This document shows, piece after piece, positions 1 through 8,419 of a stretch of 34,252 bases of DNA. The DNA is taken from the sequence record DRR723986_11816; one strand, given 5' to 3'. The number at the start of each line of letters is the position of its first letter. The first letter of the stretch is position 1. Made by a program: the position numbers and the translations under genes. The notes below the pieces were generated by a model, which was not told the origin of the DNA, did not search any database, and saw only the letters and a list, made by a program, of their open reading frames with translations.

Positions 1-417
1 GCAGATGTTGAAATAGAAATAGCTGCCCATTCCGCAGCCGCCATAAACACCAATTGGTCCGTCGATACTTTCCGGGGGATGGCCTGCGTGTTCCATCGCT
101 TCCCAAGCGGTTTCAAGGAACTTTCGGTGTTGTGGGTCAAGGATCGCAGCCTCTTTGGGGCTAAACCCAAAGAAATCAGCATCAAAGGTGTCGTAGTCAT
201 CCAGCTTGGCCGTGGCACGCACATAATTTGGATTTGCCAACAGGTCGGGGCGCTCACCGGCGGCCAGCAGGGCCTCGTCGTCCACAACCGATATGGATTC
301 AGTCCCAGACCGCAGATTTTCCCAGAATGCAGCAGCAGAGGCCGCCCCGGGGACACTTACAGACATGCCAACAATTGCGATGTCGTCGTTTTGATACTCG
401 TGTTTACTCGTTGTCAT
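1..417 (-). CDS. Type I polyketide synthase, N-terminal ketosynthase domain (partial; runs off the left edge)
   Basis: Manual translation from ATG 417: MTTSKHEYQNDDIAIVGMSVSVPGAASAAAFWENLRSG...NYVRATAKLDDYDTFDADFFGFSPKEAAILDPQHRKFLETAWEAMEHAG...IGVYGGCG. Contains the KS motifs DIAIVG, FWENL, FDADFFG and DPQHR. Absent from the ORF track because the stop lies outside the window. Confidence 0.95.
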   Translation of the reverse strand, partial: MTTSKHEYQNDDIAIVGMSVSVPGAASAAAFWENLRSGTESISVVDDEALLAAGERPDLLANPNYVRATAKLDDYDTFDADFFGFSPKEAAILDPQHRKFLETAWEAMEHAGHPPESIDGPIGVYGGCGMGSYFYFNIC

Positions 418-540
418 AGGGTGACCAAACGATCCATCAATGTGATTGCTTCGGCCCGCACCCCCCAGAAAATTAGGCACGGGGGTAAAGGATGAAGCGT
501 TTACAATTTTAAAGGCTCACGTCACCTTGACCTTAAGATC

Positions 541-575
541 TTGAAAATGCGCACCTTCGACGGCGCCATTTTCAA
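541..575. repeat. Imperfect inverted repeat between the Wzy-like gene and the PKS (terminator-like hairpin or operator)
   Basis: TTGAAAATG-CGC (541-552) pairs with GCG-C-CATTTTCAA (563-575). Confidence 0.45.
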
Positions 576-683
576 ATCCACCAATCTTGCCAGCGTGAAC
601 AAACTCAAACATCGCCTAACTTTGTGACCAGAGTAGGGACAATCTGTGTTCAATCCAGCCAGAACCAAAGATTCTCAGGGATG

Positions 684-2147
684 TCACATCACACTACGGG
701 ATGACGCATCCGTCTTTGATCGTCCGATGACAGGGCCTTTGCCAAACAGAGGCGGTTTTTCCGCTTTTGATTTTGGTGCCCGGCTCTTCTCAACGTAACC
801 CAGCACCGCACCTGCACATAACCACGTAAAGGGCGTCAAAGTGGCGTTCAAGAGCATGTCCATCATAGTCGCGGCCAAGATTATCGTGATTGTCGCCACA
901 TAGGGAGACATCTCAGATTTCTGCATTGTGCGCATTCTCAGCGAAAGATGGGCAATAGGTGCGGATAAGAGGCCCATCTGTGCAATGTATCCAAGCCAGC
1001 CAAAACTGCCAAATACGATGATCCAATTGCCGTCAGGAATGGTCAGGATTTCCCCGGTTTCGGGATGCAGTTGCAGATTGCGACCCCAGCCGCCCCAGCC
1101 AAACCATGGTTTTTCATGTGCGCGGTCTAGCAACAGTTCTTCGTTGTCGAACCGGAATCCCAAGGATTGCGCGCGCTCGGCGCTGATGCTGCCTGCATAC
1201 TCCAATATCGCTTCGAGCGGGATAAGGCCCGCGTTACGCAACATGGGGTAAAAAATTGCGATCAAGGCCATAAACGCGGCGAGGCGTACCTTGGTTCGTT
1301 GCGTCGCAAACAAGACAAGCGGTGTCAGAGCAATTCCATATGCCATCGCTGCAAAGCTTTTGCAGGCTACCAGCACAAAGAACATGTAGACTGTCGCGAT
1401 CGTCCATAGCCGGCCCGCTTCACCCTTTTCATGACGCGCCAAAGTGGCAACCGATAAAAGCACCGTAACCATGAACAGCGCTAGCCACAGCCCGTGGGGC
1501 AGGAAGACAATTGGGCGAAAGCCGCTCTCGCGGATCATCTGATTGAAATCGTGTTGGAAAAACCCATAAACAAAGATGTTGATGAGCGGGCTGATCAAGG
1601 TCTCGATCCATGCGGGGATGGAGTAGATCAATCCGCCAATGCCAAGCGCAATTATGATTTCACGCAGCCCTACCGCAGTCGCAAGAAATTGGCGAGCGAG
1701 GAAAAAGGGGATCAAAACGATGAACTGCCCAATGAGAACCGACAAGATGTCGCGCAGTCCCAGACCAGGAACGGAATAGGTTTCAAAGGTAATCGGGTCG
1801 CTGTTGGCTAGCACTTCAAAGATCAGCGGATCGCGGTTTGTCAGGATCGTGGGAACGGTCCCCACCACAAATGCAATAAGCAGCAGGCGCACGGATTTGA
1901 GCTGTGGCCAGAAACTGAGGGACTTATGCGCGACAAAAATACAAGCAAGACAGGCGCTGACGCTGGAAATGGAATCCTTGTTCATTGACGGCACCAGCGG
2001 CAGATCAAATTCGGCGACGGGGGGCAGGATCAAATACCCACCTAACAAGCTCCAGATGATAGCGCGTTCTAACGACAGCTTTTGAAACAGCTTGATACAA
2101 ACCAGCGGCCAAATCATCAGCATCAGATAGGCGAGTGCATTGGGCAT
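684..2147 (-). CDS. O-antigen ligase/Wzy polymerase-like polytopic membrane protein
   Basis: 487 aa with many hydrophobic helices; loop motif SLGFRFDNEELLLDRAHEKPWFGWGGWG resembles Wzy_C/O-antigen ligase family; flanked by glycosyltransferases. Confidence 0.7.
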   Translation of the reverse strand: MPNALAYLMLMIWPLVCIKLFQKLSLERAIIWSLLGGYLILPPVAEFDLPLVPSMNKDSISSVSACLACIFVAHKSLSFWPQLKSVRLLLIAFVVGTVPTILTNRDPLIFEVLANSDPITFETYSVPGLGLRDILSVLIGQFIVLIPFFLARQFLATAVGLREIIIALGIGGLIYSIPAWIETLISPLINIFVYGFFQHDFNQMIRESGFRPIVFLPHGLWLALFMVTVLLSVATLARHEKGEAGRLWTIATVYMFFVLVACKSFAAMAYGIALTPLVLFATQRTKVRLAAFMALIAIFYPMLRNAGLIPLEAILEYAGSISAERAQSLGFRFDNEELLLDRAHEKPWFGWGGWGRNLQLHPETGEILTIPDGNWIIVFGSFGWLGYIAQMGLLSAPIAHLSLRMRTMQKSEMSPYVATITIILAATMMDMLLNATLTPFTWLCAGAVLGYVEKSRAPKSKAEKPPLFGKGPVIGRSKTDASSRSVM

Positions 2148-2329
2148 GGGTGATCTGTTTTGCTCTTAAGCTGTAGGGTGGGGGCAGTGTATCAATTTTG
2201 TACGAATTTGTCAGATTTTAGCTTGAGAATGCGGCGAACAGATGGCGGGAATGGTACGCTTTCCTCACCATTTACTGGCCCTGAGCCTAAGGGCAGGGTA
2301 GGCAGTTGGAACCAGTTCAGGAGGGTGAC

Positions 2330-3091
2330 GTGCAGTTCACATTCGGGGATCAGACAGTTACGGTTAACATGCCGACCCGCGTCGCCTTGTTCCGGGAAAT
2401 CAAACGCCGATTTGAAGAACGACGCGGATTTGCCTTGGCAACGGTTAATTTGGATCATCTCGTGAAGCTGTCCGAAGATGCGGCGTTTGCGCAGGTTTAT
2501 GCGGCTCAGGATCTGATTGTTGCAGATGGACGCCCGATTGTGGCGTTGTCGCGGATGGCCCAGCGTCCTGTTGATTTGATGCCGGGGTCGGATCTTGTGC
2601 ACCCTTTGTGCGCGCTGGCTGCAGAAAGTGGGGCACGTGTTGCCTTGGTTGGCAGTTCTGATCAGGCGTTGGCGGATGCCAAGGCGATCCTAGTGGCGGA
2701 CACGCCGGGGCTTGAGATCGTTTATTGTTGCGCGCCGGCATATGGATTTGATCCAGATGGAGAGGCCGCAGAGGACATCCTGCTAGCCCTGAACGATGCG
2801 GGGGTACAGCTTTGCTTTTTGGCGCTGGGCGCTCCGAAACAGGAAAACCTTGCTCTGCGCGGGCGGACGTTGGCCCCGCAGGTTGGCTTTGCCTCTGTTG
2901 GTGCGGGGCTCGATTTTTTGGGCGGGCATCAGGTACGTGCGCCGGTTTGGGTACGTAAGATCGCGCTTGAATGGCTCTGGCGCGCTTGCAGCAATCCGGT
3001 TCGTCTGTTCCCACGCTATGCCAAATGTGCGCTGATCCTGCCGGGGCACATGATGCGCGCGTTCAAGTTGCGCAATGTGGCGCAGGATTAA
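2330..3091 (+). CDS. WecB/TagA/CpsF family glycosyltransferase
   Basis: Motifs TVNLDH, ADGRPIV, GSDL, ALGAPKQE, GAGLDF, RAP.W...LEWLWR...NP.RL..RY. Start placed at GTG 2330 behind AGGAGG (ORF track start 2306). Confidence 0.93.
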   Translation: MQFTFGDQTVTVNMPTRVALFREIKRRFEERRGFALATVNLDHLVKLSEDAAFAQVYAAQDLIVADGRPIVALSRMAQRPVDLMPGSDLVHPLCALAAESGARVALVGSSDQALADAKAILVADTPGLEIVYCCAPAYGFDPDGEAAEDILLALNDAGVQLCFLALGAPKQENLALRGRTLAPQVGFASVGAGLDFLGGHQVRAPVWVRKIALEWLWRACSNPVRLFPRYAKCALILPGHMMRAFKLRNVAQD

Positions 3092-5187
3092 AAGCCGAAT
3101 AGATTTGCCTCGGTTATGGCCTCGCGGATGAAACCAGCGCGATCTGCGACCGGGGTCCAGTTGAGCTGCGATTTGGCTCTTTGATTGTCAAACGGGCTGA
3201 GATGCGCCCGGGATTGCCAATCCGCCAGTGACGGGCGTGTGAGGCCCTGACGCCCAAGAACGCGGGTTTTGAGCAGGTGTTTGACGCTGTCAGCGGCATA
3301 CATCATGCGAAGATTGCCCCGACCCACGCGGATACGTGCGCCAAGGGCGTCGTGAATGGCATCGAAATAGGCCGATGCGCTGAGCATGGGATCCCCGATC
3401 AGGTTATAGCTTTCGCCCTCTAGGTCAGGAATATTCGCCATCTGGATCAAGGCGCGGGTGGTGTCATTGATAAGGGCAAAGGGCAGTGTGTTTTGCCCAT
3501 TGCCCCAAATGCGCACAGCCCCGGCACCGTGCCAACGGCCGATTCCCCAATGTTGCAGCGGCCCACCTTTGCCCACGACGATGCCGGGGCGGGCAATCAC
3601 CAAGGGCAACCCTTGGTCGCGATGCATGGCCAGCAACTGACGTTCGCATTCCGCCTTGGATCGCGCATACAGATTTCGGTCGCGCATATCCTCTGGAAAG
3701 CCGGTTTGTTCGGTGATCGTCGTTGTCGGGTCGGACATGTCATAAGAGGCGATCGTGCCGGTATAGATCAGCCGTTTCACACCAGCTTGCAGGCTGGCGT
3801 TGGCGATGCCGGTTGAAATCGCCACATCATTGTTCAGACAATCGGCCCAGCTGGTGTCAACGGACCGGGCCAGATTGAAAACCGTATCAATACCCTGCAT
3901 CGCCTCGGTCAAACCGTCAGTGTCACGCAGAGACAAGCCCACAGTTTCCACTTGATCCGGCAGGTCGCCAAACGGGCCATGATGCCCACGGCTGATGACA
4001 CGCACGTCTGACCCGTCTGCTACCAACGCACGTGTTAATGCGCGTCCAATGAAGCCGGTACCGCCAATAACCATCGCCTTTGGGCGCGGTTTGCGGGTCT
4101 GAACATGCGGGACAGGGGTGGGAAATGTGATCTGCTCAAGCGTCTGGTCCAGAACGCGCATGACTTTGACGGCTTGCGCGCCTGAGAATCTGGGGTCAGC
4201 GGGTTTGTTCTGGAGCAGCGGGTCATAAACCCCTTTCAACATGCCAAGAAAGCTGAGCCCATAGGGGGATTTCTTGTTGAGCGAAAGCAGCTGCCGCGCA
4301 GCATTCACGCCCCCGTCCTGAAGATGTTGCCAACTCAGTGACATTTGGCGTCGCAATGGGTTCAGCACCAGGTCAGAGGTATTGTCCCCATCAATCAATA
4401 AGGTGTCCGACGCAAAATCCAACCGTCCACGGGCGGTCGAGCCATGCAGTGTCACCGAGCGATCATCGACGGTTTCCACCAGCGACAGAACAAACGTCAC
4501 ATCAACTTGCCCCGCACGGGCGAGGATGCGCCAGCTTTGCGGGCGAGTTTCGCCGCCGGGAAGATCAACGGGTTTGGCCAGATTGACATGCTCAATTGTG
4601 ATCTCCCCAAACAGGTCGGTCGCATAGGCGACCAAATGCGGGGCCAATTCCAACAGCAAATTCTTTGGTTCACGCAACAGCCACAGCGAATAGGGCCCGG
4701 ATCGTAGCGGGGGCATTGGAAAGCTCCACCGAAACTCCGCCGCTGAGATTCTGCCCAAAGCGCCACGGGTCACCTGTTTTTTGAGCGCCTCGTAAGATGG
4801 CAATCCAAGGAAGTTGTGACCCGCGTGAAAGCGCCGACCTGCCTGTTGCGCCGCATCCTCGATGTCTTGCGTTTGTTTGGCGCTTAGGGCGACGGGTTTT
4901 TCCACGAGAACATGCAACCCGGCCTGAAGGCATTGAATGGCCAGATCCCGATGCAAATCGGGTGGGGTCAGAATGTGGACCGCATCGCACGCTTGTGCTT
5001 CGATCAGATCCTCGAGAGTGGAAAACACACGCGCGCCGTGGTTCTGCGCCAAAGCTTGGGCCTGATCCACAGACGGGTCGCACACCGCTGTCAGGTCGAT
5101 GTTGGAGGTCGCAGCAATCGCATCAGCATGCCAGCTGGCGATGTAACCTGCACCTATCAGGCCAATACGAAGAGAAGAAGCAGACAT
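3088..5187 (-). CDS. Fusion of Gfo/Idh/MocA oxidoreductase (N-term) and NAD-dependent epimerase/dehydratase (C-term)
   Basis: N-term GLIGAGYIA, TPPDLH, HVLVEKP; C-term GGTGFIG and YARSK (YxxxK) of extended SDRs; 699 aa. Confidence 0.9.
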   Translation of the reverse strand: MSASSLRIGLIGAGYIASWHADAIAATSNIDLTAVCDPSVDQAQALAQNHGARVFSTLEDLIEAQACDAVHILTPPDLHRDLAIQCLQAGLHVLVEKPVALSAKQTQDIEDAAQQAGRRFHAGHNFLGLPSYEALKKQVTRGALGRISAAEFRWSFPMPPLRSGPYSLWLLREPKNLLLELAPHLVAYATDLFGEITIEHVNLAKPVDLPGGETRPQSWRILARAGQVDVTFVLSLVETVDDRSVTLHGSTARGRLDFASDTLLIDGDNTSDLVLNPLRRQMSLSWQHLQDGGVNAARQLLSLNKKSPYGLSFLGMLKGVYDPLLQNKPADPRFSGAQAVKVMRVLDQTLEQITFPTPVPHVQTRKPRPKAMVIGGTGFIGRALTRALVADGSDVRVISRGHHGPFGDLPDQVETVGLSLRDTDGLTEAMQGIDTVFNLARSVDTSWADCLNNDVAISTGIANASLQAGVKRLIYTGTIASYDMSDPTTTITEQTGFPEDMRDRNLYARSKAECERQLLAMHRDQGLPLVIARPGIVVGKGGPLQHWGIGRWHGAGAVRIWGNGQNTLPFALINDTTRALIQMANIPDLEGESYNLIGDPMLSASAYFDAIHDALGARIRVGRGNLRMMYAADSVKHLLKTRVLGRQGLTRPSLADWQSRAHLSPFDNQRAKSQLNWTPVADRAGFIREAITEANLFGF

Positions 5188-6152
5188 TACTGGTACTCGA
5201 TAATTTCAGGGGGACGATTGCGAAGTTTGCGCAAGGCGTAGGTGGCCATGCCGATCACGTTGGGAAACTTGGAGATCAACAGGAACCATGCCTGTTGCAG
5301 GGATTGTGACCAAGGTAGCCCTTCGGACCGGATGCCTCGTACGCCTCGGGCATAAGACAGGGCATAGAGCAGCAGAACCAGACCGAGCAACACCGCAGAA
5401 AATGCGGCCCCGACAACGGCTAGAACGGGTAAGATCAGGCCAAAGACCAGCACACGCTTGCGTTCGGTAGAAAAATACCCGGTGTGCATGTCGCCAACTT
5501 GGGCAAACCCATGACCCGCCCGAACGGCACGGCGCCACCACTGGCCAAAGCGTGTCATCGCCGCATCATGCCGGGTCATTTGCAACGGGAGCCGCTCTAA
5601 GGCCCACCCATGCGCCGCGAGGCGCAGGCAGAATTCGTCGTCCTCTGCTGCAATGACTGTCGGGTCAAAACCGTTGACCTGATCAAAGGCTTCGGCGCGG
5701 ACCATCATGTCACCCCCACAGGCGACAATCGGGCCAGCGGGGCGATGCCATTCCACATCGCACATTGTGTTGTCCACGCTGGCCTCGGGGTGCATCTCGG
5801 ATCGCCATCCTGTCACAACGGCAAGGGTCGGATCTGAGCGAAGTTTTTGTTCTGCCGCTGCCAGCCATCCGGGCACAATCTGACAATCTCCGTCGATGAA
5901 TTGGACAAAGGTGGACGGGGCATGGCGTTGCGCAGCCCGGTACCCGGCATTGCGGGCCCGCGCTGCACTAAAAGGTTGGCTCATATCCAGTTCGACTATG
6001 ATTGCGCCAGCGGCTTTTGCTGCGGAAACGCTTTGGTCAGTTGATCCTGAATCCACATAGACGAGGCATTGCGCCTGTCCCTTAGCGGCAGCAAGGGCCT
6101 GCACCAGCCGGTCGCCTTCGTTGCGCCCGATTAGAACCAAATTGACGCTCAT
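5187..6152 (-). CDS. Family 2 glycosyltransferase
   Basis: IGRNEG, VYVDSGSTD, ARARNAG, FIDGDC (DxD), AEDDEFCLR; 1-nt overlap with the next gene. Confidence 0.92.
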   Translation of the reverse strand: MSVNLVLIGRNEGDRLVQALAAAKGQAQCLVYVDSGSTDQSVSAAKAAGAIIVELDMSQPFSAARARNAGYRAAQRHAPSTFVQFIDGDCQIVPGWLAAAEQKLRSDPTLAVVTGWRSEMHPEASVDNTMCDVEWHRPAGPIVACGGDMMVRAEAFDQVNGFDPTVIAAEDDEFCLRLAAHGWALERLPLQMTRHDAAMTRFGQWWRRAVRAGHGFAQVGDMHTGYFSTERKRVLVFGLILPVLAVVGAAFSAVLLGLVLLLYALSYARGVRGIRSEGLPWSQSLQQAWFLLISKFPNVIGMATYALRKLRNRPPEIIEYQ

Positions 6153-7279
6153 GATCCCTGCACATCCGCGAGTTCACCGCGAAAACATTGCTCTAGCCGA
6201 TCACAGGCTTTGTCCCAGCTGTGTGATTGGGCGGTTTGCAGGCAGGCCTCTGACATCTTGCGCCAATCCGGCGCGTTGAGGGATAGGATTTTGTGTGCCG
6301 CCTCTGCCAATCCTGCGGCGTCACCGACATCGGCGAGATAGCCAGTGGTGCCTTCGATGACCAGATCTTCGGCGGCCCCGACCCGAGTTGAGGCCAAGGG
6401 ACAACGACATGCCATGGCTTCGAGCAGAGGCAAAAAGAAGCCTTCGGATGTGCTGGCACACAGGAACACGTCGCAAGCGGCATAGATTTCGCGAATGCGG
6501 GACTGTTCTGGGCGGTGGTGAAATGTGGCGCCATCGGGCAGGGGCATTTTTTGTGTCGGTGGGTTGGCCCCAAAGGCAATCACGTCCAGATCAGGCATCT
6601 TTTGCTTTAACATCTGCACTGTTTCCAAAACTGTATCGGACCCTTTCATAGGCCAAGGGCTATACATAAACCCAACGGTTGGGCGTTTTGCCTTGTCACG
6701 AGGGGGGGCGTGAAACTGTGTCAGATCAATCCCGTTTGGCACCAAAATAGCGTCGGTCCGACCATAGTCGTGCCGCAGGATCTGGCCCAGCCAGTTGGAA
6801 ATAACGATGGGTTTGATCGGCAGGTAATAGGTCGCGCGCGATATCTGCCAAGGTAAAAACCTGTGCACTTCATGATGTTGGATCAAATAGAATTGAGCGC
6901 CCTTTTCAGGCGGCATAGCAGCGACGGGAAAGGCGGCCTCCCACCAGGTGGCGACCAAAATATCCGCGTCGGGCAGATCCTGCGCCTCGACCTGATAATC
7001 TGATCTGTTTGTCTCATGGATAGGCACGGTGAGCGTATCGAAATGGCCGGGTTCTGATTTGATTGGGCTAAAATCACCCTTGGTCGCGGCTTGCAAACGC
7101 TCCTTTCGGCCCCGGCTTTCCGGCCCAGGTGTCACAATCGTAACTTGATGCCCACGGTCATGCAGCATTTGCGCATAGACTGCGATGACACGCAGGCCAC
7201 CAGACAGGTTTGAACGTGGGCTGAGAAAGGTGATCCGCAAAGGGCAGGCTCCGGGTCGCATAAGCGTAAAAGGGGGCAT
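6149..7279 (-). CDS. Family 4 (GT-B) glycosyltransferase
   Basis: LSGG near N-term, VPNGID, KG, EGFFLPLLEAMAC (ExF...E motif); ATGA overlap with GT2. Start ATG 7279 chosen for upstream AGGGTG (track start 7288). Confidence 0.92.
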   Translation of the reverse strand: MPPFTLMRPGACPLRITFLSPRSNLSGGLRVIAVYAQMLHDRGHQVTIVTPGPESRGRKERLQAATKGDFSPIKSEPGHFDTLTVPIHETNRSDYQVEAQDLPDADILVATWWEAAFPVAAMPPEKGAQFYLIQHHEVHRFLPWQISRATYYLPIKPIVISNWLGQILRHDYGRTDAILVPNGIDLTQFHAPPRDKAKRPTVGFMYSPWPMKGSDTVLETVQMLKQKMPDLDVIAFGANPPTQKMPLPDGATFHHRPEQSRIREIYAACDVFLCASTSEGFFLPLLEAMACRCPLASTRVGAAEDLVIEGTTGYLADVGDAAGLAEAAHKILSLNAPDWRKMSEACLQTAQSHSWDKACDRLEQCFRGELADVQGS

Positions 7280-7444
7280 TTTATTCACCCTAAGTTTAGC
7301 ATGCGACCTAATTTGATACTAAAAAACATTGTTCGGATCTAAATAAGGCTTTCATGGTGTGCTTTTTTGAGGCGGGTTAGAGGTCAAACCATGGCAAGAC
7401 TTCGAAAGCCTGCAGGTATCGGTTTGAGGACAGAAAGGGGCGTC

Positions 7445-8419
7445 ATGGCTTTTGTTGTGGGGGATGTCGGAGGCACGAATACCCGCTTGGCTTTGGGGGA
7501 TAACGCCGGGTTGTCGGGGGCTACGACCTACAGGAATTGTGAGTTTGGCTCGTTTTATGACGTGTTGGACTGTTTCTTACGGCAGAACGCCCCGCATTCG
7601 GTGACAGGCTGCTGCTTTGCGATTGCCGGGCCCGTGTCGGGGCAGATTGCGCGATTGACCAATCGGGATTGGTCCTTGTCAGTTAGCGTGTTGAAAAGGC
7701 GATTGCCCGAGCTAGAAAACGTTGTTTTGATGAATGACCTGTCTGCGTTGGGCCACGCGTTGCAGGATCTGTGCCAAGATCAAGTTTGTGAAATCCGATC
7801 ACCAGAGCAGGTCGGCGCAACGGGTCAGACCCTTGTCGTCGGGCTTGGCACCGGGATGAACGTGAGCCTGCGGGTTGGTGCGCAGGTTGCGCAGGCTGAA
7901 TTGGGCCATGCTTGCTTATCAACGGATCTGTCCCGGCGATTGGAACGCCAGCTTGGTTCTCATCATCAGGAGTTTCGCTCGAACGAAGATCTGTTTTCGG
8001 GGCGTGGTCTTGAACGCCTTTATCAGATCATAACCGGAGAGCGTTTATCAGGTGCTGAGATCCAGCAGCGGTCTGATACCGACAGCTCTAGCGCCGCGCG
8101 TCACACACTGGAATTCCTGTCCCATCTGTTGGGGGTGTTTGTGTGCGATTTGAGGCACGTTTATCTGCCCATGGGCGGGGTGTTTTTCACCGGCAGCGTA
8201 GCGCGCACTCTGCTGCACGGCCAATCCCGCGCCTCTTTCTTGCAAGGTTTTGATCAGGGGGATACGCCGCCGCAAGTGAACACCGATATCGGTCTGTTCC
8301 TGATAACAGATGACGCTGCAGCGTTGAGGGGCGCGGCGCGGGTGTTAAACCAAACGCAGGACGAGTTACCGACCAACGGCATAGGCCTGCATCAAACGCG
8401 GCGTGGCGGCGGCGCGTAG
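7445..8419 (+). CDS. glk: Glucokinase (Glk family)
   Basis: VVGDVGGTNTR, AIAGPV, LTN..W, LMND, GLGTGMN, AELGH, SGRGL, GGVFFTGSV. Start ATG 7445 after GAAAGGGG. Confidence 0.85.
   Translation: MAFVVGDVGGTNTRLALGDNAGLSGATTYRNCEFGSFYDVLDCFLRQNAPHSVTGCCFAIAGPVSGQIARLTNRDWSLSVSVLKRRLPELENVVLMNDLSALGHALQDLCQDQVCEIRSPEQVGATGQTLVVGLGTGMNVSLRVGAQVAQAELGHACLSTDLSRRLERQLGSHHQEFRSNEDLFSGRGLERLYQIITGERLSGAEIQQRSDTDSSSAARHTLEFLSHLLGVFVCDLRHVYLPMGGVFFTGSVARTLLHGQSRASFLQGFDQGDTPPQVNTDIGLFLITDDAAALRGAARVLNQTQDELPTNGIGLHQTRRGGGA

Noticed and set aside
79-495. 138-aa + strand ORF
   Set aside because: Antisense shadow of the PKS KS domain; no recognisable motifs.
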